A stretch of DNA of 64,000 nucleotides from Diplonema japonicum (GCA_964019335.1 OZ025667.1:1-64000), one strand, 5' to 3'; positions 48,176-60,123 are shown, counted from the stretch's first letter. Program-made: numbers and translations. Notes: a model not told the origin generated them from the letters alone.

Positions 48176-51100
48176 ATGTCAGTGTTGGTGGCGGTGTTGG
48201 GGCTCACCGCCCTCTCCGTACCCGAGCAGGCACTGTTCAGTGTGGGGTGCAGCGGGACTGTGGATGTTTTCGGGGGTCTTCCCTACGGGGTGGTCGCCGA
48301 CCTGTCGCGTCAGAGGGAGGTGGTGACCGACATGTTTGGGAAGGTCAAGGAACGGGTAAAGTGCCACTGTGGGTCTGGCATCACCGACGAGCAGATCAAC
48401 GACAGGTTCAGCCCCGCGCGCATTGTCTTTAACCTTCTAGGTGGCGCCGTCGAGCATGAGGAGAAGATTGCGTGCCTTGACGAGAAGGAGAGTTACACAA
48501 GAGATCTGCACAAATACCTTGCTGCCATGCTTAGAGGCAGTGAAATCTCCCTCCCTGAGACGTGCACCAGGGCTGATTTCATGGGTGAGAAGGGATGCAG
48601 GTTTGAAATCGACGTGAAGAAGGACCTAAGCGCCAACTTGCGATTTGCTTTCGCTGAGTGTGCTGACAGCCCTGTTCCTTCTATGGGTGTTTGGTGCGCG
48701 GGTGAGGCATGCAGCACCTTGTTCCAGCCCTGCTCCGGGTCGTGCTCAGAGGGCCAGACCTGCGTCGAGGGCAGCGGTGTGATCGAAGGTGTCCTGGGTG
48801 AGTTCTTCGAAGTCGCTTCAAACGCTTTCACCGACTTCTTCAACATCAACGTCACTGCCACCTACGACCACCTCGTCCGCCTCGTCGACGGTGACATCGA
48901 CAGCGACCGCACGCTCGACGACTGCGAAGATGCCTTCGCTTCATTCCCGCGTGACGTGGTCGCTGCCTTCTCTAAGGCCGTTGGGGGTGCCTCGCAGACG
49001 GGTGTTTGCCTCCCCAACGACTGGATTGGCTTCACCGGTGTCTTCAGTGAATACTACGGCAGGTATGCGTTGTACCATAAACACATCTCACAGGTGGGAC
49101 AAGTTATCTGCTATGCCCCGAAAGGACGAGTGCGCGCCTCTCAAGCCCCGTACCGACTCCAAGTTCAACTGGCGCCGTGGCCAGATGACCGACAGCGGCC
49201 AGTCCGGCGGTGGTTGGTGCATTGGGTATGCTGAACACAATGGTACTGACCTCACCTCTATAGGTTCGATGACTGCAACTTCCACAAAAACGCTGGTGAT
49301 TGCGAGTCGAATGACGACTTCGAGTACTTCATGGCGAAGCTCTACTGCAAGTACAAGCAGAGGGACGCCTGCCTGGAGTACTCGCCCTACTGCTACTGGA
49401 ACCCTAGGGAAGAGGGCAAGTACAAATGCCTCTTCAACCACACCACGCAGGACGACGGTATCGAGAACCCCGATGGCTGGATGATGGGCATGGAATGCTC
49501 TAACATTGACGAACTTGCCTCGAAGTGCAATGCTGCCTCGAACCCCCTCTCGGTGTGCGAGCACGAGTACTGCGCATGCACTGGTGGTGAGTGGGACAAG
49601 GAAGAGGAGACTTGCACGCCTGGTGAGAAGAAAGGCAAGTGCAGCGACATGGTGCAGTGCTGGGGCTCCCTGCAACAGTGCTACGAGAAGTCTGGTGACA
49701 AGGGCCCCTTCATGACTACTGTCAACGAGTGCGAAAAGTTCTTCCTTTGCAGGTGCCACGAGGCTGCATCGGGCTTCGGGTGCGATGCCAAGCTCATGTG
49801 CGGCAGGCGTTGCGCGTGCATGCACAGCGAGAAGGACAGGTTCGTCGGACCGCACTGCGACCTGAGGCTGATTAGGGGCGCAGCGCCCTCGCTCCTTACC
49901 TTCGAGCAGGATGACCCCCGTGGACCCCCCATCTTGGCGTGGGATGGGAAAATCAAAGGTGGTGATGCCGCCAATGTGCTGCGCACAGCCCCTGTTCCTT
50001 CATACCTCGCGACCCCGAAGGGCACCACTGACCCGATCTTCCTGACATCGTGCGATGGTAGGATGTGGTTCCTCCCTGCTTCCAAGGGTGGGTTCGCCAT
50101 TCAGTTCCGCGGTCTGGACGCTGTTGCCGAGGCCATCTCCTCTGCTGCTCTGAGATCCTTCCGCTGTGCCATTGACAACGTGTCGGACGATGACAAGAAA
50201 GCCGTGCAGCAGATGGTGACAGCGTACTACGTGCACTCGCCGTCCTTCTGGATCGCCAGGTTCTTCGAAGGCGCAACCCCCGGATTCGGCGAGAAGGGCA
50301 CCCTTGCCGACTACCTCTTCAACATCAGCGGCGAGGCAGAACCCAGTGTCCCCAGCTTGGAAGGTCTTGCCAACATGGCGCAGAATGAGTTCAGCCATGC
50401 AACGAGGGAGGCCAACGGGCAGGGTTGGGTGCCGCAGATCACAACATGGATCGGCAACGGTATCGCAGTGAGCCGCAACCTGATCGTGTCCACGATGAGG
50501 GAGCTTGGCTGGATCGAGAGACAGCTGTGGACGTACCCTCTAGTGGAGCTGCAGCACATGGAAAACGAGCAGGAGAGGAATGAAAAGGTGAGGGAGCTGC
50601 TCGAGAGGAGGCAGGAGGAAGTTGTTGAACAACAGAAGCAGGCTACCGGGTACAAGTCAGAGATGAGGGTGAAGATGGGCAAGGTTGCTGATGACAAGTT
50701 CGGCGTGAAAATCGGATTGGACGGTGGGGACATCGAGGTGTACGCAGCGCAATGCGGGAATGGCCTCGCGGAGATCCAGGTGGGCCTTGGTGGGGAGTTG
50801 TCGGACGCAATGTTCATGAGGAAGGCGTGCAACAAGGACGAGGAATGTGGTGAGGGCATTACATGCAAGGGCCTTGACACCTTCCTCTTCGAGACACCCA
50901 TCTACAGCGTCGACTTCATGGGCGGGTTCATGTGGGGAGGAAACTTCACTAAGGTATTTTAAAAAGGATTTTTTTTCCCTCGACTAAACACTGTCACAAC
51001 AGGGCTTTGTGGGCGGGTGCCCTATCCTCTCTACTACCATCAACCAGATGGACTTCTCTACGGCTGAAGCCGAGTGCTTGGGGCAGAAGAGATGGGCCAA

Positions 51101-51381
51101 TGACATGGTATTTAAAAAAAAGAATTCTTTTTTTTTTTTTAAATTTTCAACAACAGGGCACTACATTCAAGAAGCATACTTCAAACCAGGTCCTGAAGGA
51201 CAAGAGAATCACCTGGTGCCACGCCACCAAAAACACTGTTGTCGAGAAGATTTTCGACAAGCATGCTACTGCCACCACCCTGGACCTCTCCTCTGCAACA
51301 CCTCTCAGTACACCTCCCTTCAAGATCCCTGAGGGGAACAAGAAGAAGCACAGCACCGCGTCACTCCAAGAGGAGCTTTAA
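48176..51381 (+). CDS. Cys-rich secreted/ER protein of unknown function, 4 introns
   Basis: Signal peptide; introns 49063-49093, 49226-49263, 50954-51002 and 51108-51156 join five ORF-track segments into 1012 aa ending QEEL. Confidence 0.75.
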
Positions 51382-52082
51382 AAAATATTTTTTTGGGGGG
51401 GATATTCTTGAGTGTTTTTTTTTTCCTTCTTCCCTTCCGTCTTCTCCTGCTGAATCAGCTCATTGTTCTTTTGCTCACTTGTTACAATCCGGTTTTTTTT
51501 TTTTTCTAATTGTTTTTTATAAGATTTCTTTTTTATATTTCCCCCCGATTTTCTCCTCTCGCATGCGAGGGGAGCTTTTGCATTGCCCATACAAAAAAAA
51601 GGGGGGGAAAGAACCTTTTCCGTACGAGGCAAGGAAAAAAAAAAAGAGAAAAAAAAAGGCGACATAAAGAAAAGGGAAGAATTGCTGGGCTCTTACACTT
51701 AGCAAAAAAAAAAAAAGCAAAAAAAAGAGAGAAAAGAAGAAGAAAAGAAAAAGAAACTTTTTCTTTTTTGCACCCCCCCCACCTTTATTTTCTTTATTTT
51801 TGTACCCCCATCCCTCACCACCATCCCTCTCCTTTCAAACACAACAAATTATAATTGTGGTTACTTTTTTTTTTTCCTTTTTCTTTGTTTGGTGTGCCTC
51901 GCCCTTCCCGGACAAACCCCCCCCTCCCCCCTCTTTTTTTTGAGTAAAAAAACAACGCTTTTCCTTTTTTATTTTTTTTAAAACCCTCTTTTTTTTTCTC
52001 GCAAAAACTTTACTCCAAGGAGGGGGGGGGGGGGAGAGAGAGGAGGGGGTAAAAAAAAAAGAAAAAAGAAAAAAAAAAGAAA

Positions 52083-55000
52083 ATGTTACTGACAACCTTT
52101 GTAACAACAGCAATATGCGTTCTACCGAATGTACCACCGTTTTTTATAGGACCGATTCCCTCTGTGATTGATGTTGATGAGGACAGTGGCGCGTACACAG
52201 GGCTGGGGTTCCTGACAGGGATGCACACCGGGGAAATAACGGGCTACACACTCGCACTCTACCCTCAAAAAAGACAAGACTGGTGGTTAGATATCGTGAT
52301 TGTAGAACAGCACCCTCCTTTACCCACCGAGCTGTTCACAGACCCGCCAAAACTAACCGCAACGACGGGATTTTGCAAAACGGATTGCCCTATGGGCGTG
52401 TGCGTTCCCCCAATATGCACTCCTTTAGTATCAAACCTCCAGTTCACACCAAAACCTGAGGTGTCGGGATACGTAATTGTAGAGGTGATCATGAAGGACT
52501 CAGGTGGGATGTTCCCCGGGACGAACGAAAAGCGAGAACGGTTTAGAATTAATATCAACGACATTAATGATGGCGTCCCAACATTTCAACTATCGCCTTC
52601 CGGAACCAGGAAGATCGAGGTCTACGAGGATACATGCAATGTGATCACGGGTTGGGTGCATAAGTTCGACATTGGTACGGACTATGAAGAGTTTGCTGGC
52701 GACACACTTGACTATCAACTGTTCCCCTCCCTCGGGTACAATTTCCAGCGTGACATCTTCGTCAACACTTCGTACCCTTACCAGTGCGGGAATGCTACTA
52801 CTACATGCCCTGTCGGCCCTACTGGTGTGGGCCACGGGCATCGTGGCATTGATGTCACCTTCCCCGACGGCACCCTCGAGTTCTGCCTGGCACGCAACAT
52901 GGTCGACACCGTCAGCGTTACCATGACATGCATTGATCAATGTTTTTTTAACCAGCCGTTGAAGCCGACGTTTATGGGGAGTCGTGACTGGCCTTGCTGG
53001 GACCCTACCACGTACCAGGCATGTCCCGACAAGTATTTCGAAATATCCGTCATCCCTGTGAACGATCCACCCGGACGTTGTCCTGAGGTCACGACCATCA
53101 CCGTTTCCGAGTGTACGGGCGGCAACGCTGTCAACGGTGGGTGCCAGCACAACATCGACTTGTACCCATCCCGTCCCTCTGGAAACGGGAGGTACGGGTA
53201 CATCATGACGCATGGGGGTGGTTTCGATGAGGCCAACCAACAGGTCGACGTGCGCATTGAGTCCAAAGAGCCCGATATTTACGAACTCACTCCCGAGCTG
53301 CACCCTGATACTGGGTTGCTCTCCTTCAAGTTGAAGACCTACGCTAACACATTCGGCCGCGATGAGCTGACCGTTGTCTTCCACGACGACGGCGGCATCA
53401 CCAACCGATGGTGCACAGGCGCAGCAGGGCCAAAGGCAACCGGGTGCCCCGCTGGGAGAGACAGCACCTACTGTGAAATACACATTGTCTTCAACGCTGT
53501 GAACCAGCCCCCCTTGTGGACGCCTGGCCCCGACCAAGTGATCGACGAGGATTCTGGCCTTCTGCGTGTGCCTGGTTTTGCATCCATGATATCACCCGGT
53601 GAGGACCCATTGGAGAAGGATCAAGTGCTGAGCTTCACATGTACATCCAATCCGGCATCGATGTTCACACAACAGCCGACGATCGAGCCCATCTCTGGCG
53701 ACCTTGAGTTGCGCACGGCTCTCAACGCCAACGGCGACGCGGTGGTCACATGCCTGCTGTCCGACCAGATCGACAGCACGTCGCATTACTTCAATCTAAA
53801 GGTGAACCCTGTCAATGACTGTCCTGTGCTGAATCTCACAGTGCCCACCTCAAGGTGCACGGAAGGGAAGTCTTGCAGCCACGCCTTGGATGTGTCGCAC
53901 CAAGGAGCTCCCAATGAGCTGACCCAAGGAATGTATTACGATGTGTGGCTGCACCCTCAGCAAGGTGGGCATGAACTATTTGACGTTTTGCCGTCAGCCG
54001 ACTCAACAGGGAAGCTGACCTACAAGTGCAAGGAGGGAGGGCAGGGCGTCACCACAGTGAGGATCACCATACGCGATGATGGCGGCACTGGACCGCCGCA
54101 CTGTGATAAAGGGGAGGCAGTGGACTTGAGCATCACGTGCGTGGCGCACAACCGCCCACCTTCCTTCGAGATACCAACACCGCAGGTCGATGTTTGGGAA
54201 AACCACGGAGCAGCCGTCATCGAGCGCCATGCAACCAACATCAACAAAGGCAGCCCGCTGGAAGGGTGGCAGACATTAACCTTTGTTCTCACTGGATACG
54301 ACCAGAGCATGTTCACCACGCTGCCTGCAATCGACCCCAGGACTGGTGAGCTCACGTTTGAGGTGAAGCCTGACACAGCTGGGGAGACCATTGTGACTGC
54401 TGTGCTACAGGACGACGGCGACGGGCCTTACAATGTGTCGGTGCCTGTGGACTTTGTGATCAGATCCAGACCCGAGGCCCCCCCGAGTTACACCCCTGGA
54501 GGCACTGTCTACGCTTTTGAAGACGGAGGCCCTGTAGCGCGTCTGTGGGCCACAGACGTCGACCCCGGTGGTCTTGCGCCTTATGTGTTCGAGGTATCGC
54601 CATCATGTGGTTCCGGCCTTCTGCAGTCGGCAGTCACAGTCTCTGTTGATGCACAGACGAAGGAAGGGTTCCTGCAGGTCCATCCTGCTGCGAATGCGAA
54701 CGGTGTTATCAGGTGCCCTGTGTGCATCGTCAGCAACAACAACGCTTCGACGTGCGAGGACCTGACCATTGTGATCCATGCTGTGAACGACCCTCCCACC
54801 TTCACCCTCGCGGAGACAGAGGTCACACTGCAGGAGGACCAGGACAACGGAAACGTACTTATCCGAAACATCATCAAATCGCCATCTGTTGGGCCGCCGG
54901 ACGAGCATGCAGCAGGGCAGTTCATTAGATGGGATGTTGAAGTGCTCTCAGACGCGAACAACGTGCTGCGCCAGGTGCCTGTCGTGGTCAACGGGAGCGA

Positions 55001-56750
55001 TGTGCGCCTTTCATTAGAGAATAACGCATGGGGCGAGGGGGAGGTCATCATCCGCGCCACTGACTATCAGCTGAATACCGTGTCGCGCAACACGTCGCAC
55101 CACCTGAGGGTCGTGGTGTTGCCCGTTAACGACGCGCCGTACTTCACAGCAGGCGACAACGTAACGATAGACTCCAACAGCGGCGACGTGGTGGTGCAGT
55201 GGGCGTCGGACATCTCTGCTGGTGCACCCGACGAAGACACGACGCAAGCAGTATCCTTCACGCTGACACCTGAGGGTATTGTGCCAAACGGCCTCTTCAA
55301 GACACCCCCGACAATCAGCCCCGATGGGGCCCTCACAATCTCGCCCGTCACAGATGTGGAGGGCGTCGCAAAGTACTTTGTGACCTTGAGTGACACCGGG
55401 AGCCCTGTGAAGATGTCGGAAGGGGTGCTGCTGTGGATCACAGTCGGGAAGCAAGCAGCGTACCGCGCCCCTGAGTGGGTGGTGGCACCGAACGCAACCT
55501 TCGTGCACAAAGAGGATGTGGGCAGTGTGGTGCTGCAAGGGTTTGGGAAGGTGAGAGCCGCACCGAAGTCTCTTTGGAACACCACGTACTCCATTCGCAC
55601 TGTTTCGGGCGGGGAGCTGTTTGCAACTGTGCCGTACCTCGAAGTGAAGGCCGGGCAGCTCGACGAGGACATTCTCACGCTGCAGTACACGGCTGCTGCC
55701 AACAGGTTTGGCGAGGCAGCATTTGAAGTCCTAGTGGAGGACGACAACGAGGCTTCGCTGCAACCAAAGTCCATCAGCATCCAGCTGACACCTGTGAACG
55801 ACAAGCCGTCGCTCATTGCGACGAACAGGCTGACGGTGCTGCACTACACAACCGCCGAGGTGCCCGCTGAGGTGAAGGACTGGGTCCCAGGCGCACTGGT
55901 CACTGCAGGGCCGTTCGAGGACTTCACGCAAAAGGTGACCTTCAGCGTTACGAACAACGAAAGTAAGATGTTCAGCTCGGCGCCTATCGTGGTGGGGAGT
56001 GCATTGTCTCTACCACTGTCCGGGGCCGAAGGCACTGTGGAACTGCAGGTGGTGGGTGAAGACGACGTACCTGGAGAACGGTTGAAGACAGAAATCGTCG
56101 ATGTGACAATCATAGTGAGCGAGGGGAGGAAGTACATCACAACAGACGTGGAGTGGGGTCTCGAGAAATGGATGACCGGAGACGGCGGCGGGACGGCAAT
56201 AGACATCGCACTGGCGAAGGGGAAGCTAGACGAAGCAAAGAAGAGACTGGCTTTGGACCCCACGAACAATAGCCTAAAGATGCAGGTATCTGTACTGGAG
56301 GCAGAGCTGGCAGCGCTTGAGGGCGGGAAAAAAACGATGTCCGTGGGGGACATGCTGCGTGTGCAAGACGAAAACGTGTTCATAGACTCCTTCAGGCAAA
56401 ACATATCCTCTTCAATGGGAATCCTACCCACTGTCGTTGCTGTGAAGTCTGTTACCAAAACCCTGCAAGGCACGCAGATCATTTGGTCTCTTCCAACTGC
56501 TCCAGTCACGGACTCATTTATCTCAGAGAAGGCTATCCTTTCTTCGGGTAACTATGTTAACAGCACCATCTCCACAAGCACGCCCTCTGCCAATAAGTCT
56601 AGCCCCATGCCGCCTGACGATGATGGTGTGTCTTCTTTAACCACAGGCCTCATTATCACTGCGCTTGTGTTTAGTGGGCTTTTCCTGTGTGTTGCTGGGT
56701 ACATGCTTTATAAGAAGAAGAAGGCACACATTAAGACAGTTGAAGAGTGA
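52083..56750 (+). CDS. Type I membrane adhesin with bacterial-type Ig/cadherin-like repeats
   Basis: Signal peptide; repeated V.PVND.P.F linkers and ED.G, G.L.F, DDG motifs; C-terminal TM followed by KKKK. Confidence 0.85.
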   Translation: MLLTTFVTTAICVLPNVPPFFIGPIPSVIDVDEDSGAYTGLGFLTGMHTGEITGYTLALYPQKRQDWWLDIVIVEQHPPLPTELFTDPPKLTATTGFCKTDCPMGVCVPPICTPLVSNLQFTPKPEVSGYVIVEVIMKDSGGMFPGTNEKRERFRININDINDGVPTFQLSPSGTRKIEVYEDTCNVITGWVHKFDIGTDYEEFAGDTLDYQLFPSLGYNFQRDIFVNTSYPYQCGNATTTCPVGPTGVGHGHRGIDVTFPDGTLEFCLARNMVDTVSVTMTCIDQCFFNQPLKPTFMGSRDWPCWDPTTYQACPDKYFEISVIPVNDPPGRCPEVTTITVSECTGGNAVNGGCQHNIDLYPSRPSGNGRYGYIMTHGGGFDEANQQVDVRIESKEPDIYELTPELHPDTGLLSFKLKTYANTFGRDELTVVFHDDGGITNRWCTGAAGPKATGCPAGRDSTYCEIHIVFNAVNQPPLWTPGPDQVIDEDSGLLRVPGFASMISPGEDPLEKDQVLSFTCTSNPASMFTQQPTIEPISGDLELRTALNANGDAVVTCLLSDQIDSTSHYFNLKVNPVNDCPVLNLTVPTSRCTEGKSCSHALDVSHQGAPNELTQGMYYDVWLHPQQGGHELFDVLPSADSTGKLTYKCKEGGQGVTTVRITIRDDGGTGPPHCDKGEAVDLSITCVAHNRPPSFEIPTPQVDVWENHGAAVIERHATNINKGSPLEGWQTLTFVLTGYDQSMFTTLPAIDPRTGELTFEVKPDTAGETIVTAVLQDDGDGPYNVSVPVDFVIRSRPEAPPSYTPGGTVYAFEDGGPVARLWATDVDPGGLAPYVFEVSPSCGSGLLQSAVTVSVDAQTKEGFLQVHPAANANGVIRCPVCIVSNNNASTCEDLTIVIHAVNDPPTFTLAETEVTLQEDQDNGNVLIRNIIKSPSVGPPDEHAAGQFIRWDVEVLSDANNVLRQVPVVVNGSDVRLSLENNAWGEGEVIIRATDYQLNTVSRNTSHHLRVVVLPVNDAPYFTAGDNVTIDSNSGDVVVQWASDISAGAPDEDTTQAVSFTLTPEGIVPNGLFKTPPTISPDGALTISPVTDVEGVAKYFVTLSDTGSPVKMSEGVLLWITVGKQAAYRAPEWVVAPNATFVHKEDVGSVVLQGFGKVRAAPKSLWNTTYSIRTVSGGELFATVPYLEVKAGQLDEDILTLQYTAAANRFGEAAFEVLVEDDNEASLQPKSISIQLTPVNDKPSLIATNRLTVLHYTTAEVPAEVKDWVPGALVTAGPFEDFTQKVTFSVTNNESKMFSSAPIVVGSALSLPLSGAEGTVELQVVGEDDVPGERLKTEIVDVTIIVSEGRKYITTDVEWGLEKWMTGDGGGTAIDIALAKGKLDEAKKRLALDPTNNSLKMQVSVLEAELAALEGGKKTMSVGDMLRVQDENVFIDSFRQNISSSMGILPTVVAVKSVTKTLQGTQIIWSLPTAPVTDSFISEKAILSSGNYVNSTISTSTPSANKSSPMPPDDDGVSSLTTGLIITALVFSGLFLCVAGYMLYKKKKAHIKTVEE

Positions 56751-57466
56751 AACTCGGAACGGAAATGAAAAATCACATGAAACAACATCGGGGGAAAAGA
56801 AAACCACTCTTCGATGCAGTGGTTTATAAGAAGAAGAAGAAGAAGAAAAAGAAAAGAAAGTTTTTATCTTTTGCACATTGAGTTTTTATATGGTCAATTA
56901 CCCGCTCGTGCGCACAAACAAATGAAGCGCCAAAAACTAGTTTTTTTTCGCAATTTTTGTGGGACAACTTCGTGTCAAATGAAGCAACCGTGACAAATAG
57001 TGAATTAAATTGACCATGTGTCTATTTTTTTTTTCTTTACTAATCTTTCCTTTGTTCTGTTTTGTTACGCTTTTCTCTCTTCTCATTTTTTATTTTACAG
57101 CCCAGGGTATTTTATTTGTACGTGGCTTATGGTGGTGTATGGCTTTTTTCTTCTTCTTCTTTTTTTTTTTTGGCTACAAGAAGACACTTCTCTCCCACCA
57201 TCGTGATTTCTTTCTTCTTTTTTTTCACAAGATTTGTGTTGGTTGCACTCCCAAGAAAAAAAAAGAGGGGGAAAGGAGTAAGAAGAAAAAAAAAAAAGAA
57301 ATGAGAAAAAAAAGGAGGGGGGGAAAAAACCCACAAGGTTTTTTTTTTTTCTATGTTAGTTTGTTGTTAACTACCCAGTTCCCTTTTACATACCACAACC
57401 ACAGGACAAGAAAAGGGGAGGAGGGGGTGTGTATCACAGCATACATAACCTTAAAAGGTCTCCAAA

Positions 57467-59121
57467 ATGCAGCTAACAGAGGAGCACCAGAGACTGATCA
57501 ATGAGGTGAAATCGAAGCAGAGAGGAGAGGATGGCTTCAAGGAGTCGTGGCAAGAGTACTGTGTGGAATACGGTGGGAACAAGATGGACCCTGCCAAGCA
57601 CGACGCACAGTTCATTAAAGACGCCTTCAAGAGCATCCAATCGGGACAAGTGGTGAGGAGCAGGGGACATCAGACAGCGCTGCAGGAAGCAGTGCGAACG
57701 GTGAAGGACAGGCAGAGGAACCTCCCAGGGTGGAAGGATGCCTGGTGGCATTACTGCGACGTGCACGGCCAAGGCGACAAGGACCCTTCCCGGCACGATC
57801 TTAAATTCTTGAAGAGGGCACTCCACGTGCTTGCCGTCCCCACCGAGATGATGCACCACCAGCAGCAACACCAGCAGCAACATCAACAGCAACAGCAACA
57901 TCATCACCACCATCACCACCAGCAGCAGCACGCCGTGAGATACGACCACACGCACATGGACTTCGAGAGGCAGGCCCTCATCGAGGAGGTGAAGAGGAGG
58001 CAGCGGTACATGGCAGGGTTCAGGCAATACTGGGCAGAGTTCTGCCACTCTAACGGTGCCGGCGGCATGGACCCCAACAGACACCCCCTGGAGTTCCTGA
58101 GGAGGGGCCTCCTCCCCCCCCAGGTCAACCACCAGGAGCTCGTTGAAACCATCAAATCCTACCAGAGGACCAACCCTGCCTTCAAGGCGGAGTGGATTGC
58201 CTACTGCAACTCAAGGGGGATGGGCGTGAGAGACCCGACTAGGCATGCGCCTGAGTTCCTCACCATTGCGTTGAGGGAGCTTACTGGCGGGAAGGGGCTG
58301 AGGGGTGTCGTCGCAAGGCCGCAGAAGAGAGGGTACGGCCATGGGACACAACGGCACAGGGAGCTTGTCGAAGCGGTGAAGCGACTTCAGCGTGAGGCGC
58401 CCGAGGCACGCCAGCCGTGGATCGACTTCTGCGGGAGGTGGGGCTCGAGCGACTTGGACCCTGCGCGCCACAGCGATGAGTTCCTTCAGAGGTGGCTGGA
58501 CTTCATGCGATCACCTGAGGCAGCCAACCCTCCGTATGACCTGGACCAGGTGTGGGGACAGGTCCTCAACGTCCTGGGAGGGAAAGCAGAGGAAGAGTCA
58601 CTGCCTGCAAGGGTATGGAATTTATAAAAAAAAAAAAAAAGAAAAAAAAACAGGAGGACATCATTGCTGCCATCAAGAGGGGGCAACGTAACTCGGACAC
58701 CTGGAGAGAAGGTTGGTGGGGGTACTGTGACAAGCATGGTAACGGGGATAGGGACCCTGCCCGCCATGACAATGATTACTTGAAGGCGTATGTGAAGGGG
58801 AAAAAAAAACGGGGGAAAAGAACACACAGTGCCATAGCCGAGCTTGGGGCCCCTCCTGGTATCGATGCTCCAGAAGGAGAGCTTGACTCTGAAGGCGCCC
58901 CAGTTGAGGGAGTCACAGAAAAGAAGGAGGAAGCGGAGAACGCAGAGGCAAAGGCTGAAACCAAGGAAGAGAAGCCTACGGAATCAACGACCGAGAAAGA
59001 AGAAGAAGAAAAGGCGAAAGAAGAGGAGAAGGAAGAAGAGAAGGAAACAGTTGAGGAGGAAACAAAAGAAGAAAAGAAGGAAGTGGAAACCGAAACTAAG
59101 AAAGAGGAAGAAAAGGAGTAA
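57467..59121 (+). CDS. Protein with six ~48-aa W..YC..G..DPxRH repeats, polyQ/H linker and acidic tail, 2 introns
   Basis: Six alignable repeats; introns 58613-58653 and 58788-58829 restore the sixth repeat; 523 aa. Confidence 0.8.
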
Positions 59122-59257
59122 AAAAAGAAAAAAAATTTTTCCTTTTTTTTTTAAGTGTAGTAGTGAAGAAGGATCTGGAAGAAGAAAAAAAAAAAGAAAA
59201 AAAAAAAGGGATGGGGGAGGGGCAAGCAAATGAAGAAAAAAAAAAAGAAATCGTGAC

Positions 59258-59294
<37 letters not shown>

Positions 59295-60088
59295 GATTTT
59301 TTTTGAAAGAGAAAGAAAAAGAAGAAAAAAAAAAAAGAAAAAGCAAAATAAGCGAATGACGATGAAAAGGGTATCATGAAAGAAGTCCAATATCCATTTC
59401 CTAGTTTTAACGTTTTTTTTTCATGAGAAATAAGGAGCGGGGAAAAAAAAAGAAGGTAGGCCACTAGCTACGGAGTTATGGTAGACTTCTTCTTTTTTTT
59501 TTCCCCTCCTTTTTTTTTTTTTTTTCTTTGCGTTCCCCCCTTCTTTTTACCTCTTCTCGCCCACCCCCTTCCTTTTCTTTTCCCCACTTCCCCCGGCCTT
59601 TCCCCCCCCCTTTTTTTCCTTTTATAAATTTTCTTTTCCTTAACTCATTTTCCACATACTGACTTCCAACGGGTAAATAAAATAAAAGTAAAAGGAAGAT
59701 TAGAAAACTTGTTATCAGCACTCAAAAAAAAAAAGAGAAATAAAAGGGAGGTCCCCCCCAACCTCCAAAACTCACTTACTCACTCACATTCCTTTTATTT
59801 TCTAGAATTTAAAAAAAAAAAAAAAAAAAAACCAAGTACTGGGAGAGAAGAAAGTGGAAACAAGAATAAGGTAAAAGTTACAACTACAAAAAAGTGTTTT
59901 TTATTTTTATTTTATTTTTTTTACCCCCCCTTGGTTTTTTTAAATGTTCTTTCCCCCCCCCCCCCCCCCCTTGTCCCACCCCTTGCTTTTGTTGCCTGCT
60001 TTCCCTCCTCCCCCTTTTTTTGCCCAGGATACAGTATTGCGTTACATCTCAAAAAGGATGAAGGGAAAAAAAAAAGAAAAAAAATAGA

Positions 60089-60123
<35 letters not shown>

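Noticed and set aside
56801-56825. AAACCACT/AGTGGTTT hairpin in the adhesin 3' flank
   Set aside because: A single 8-bp stem is expected by chance in 64 kb.
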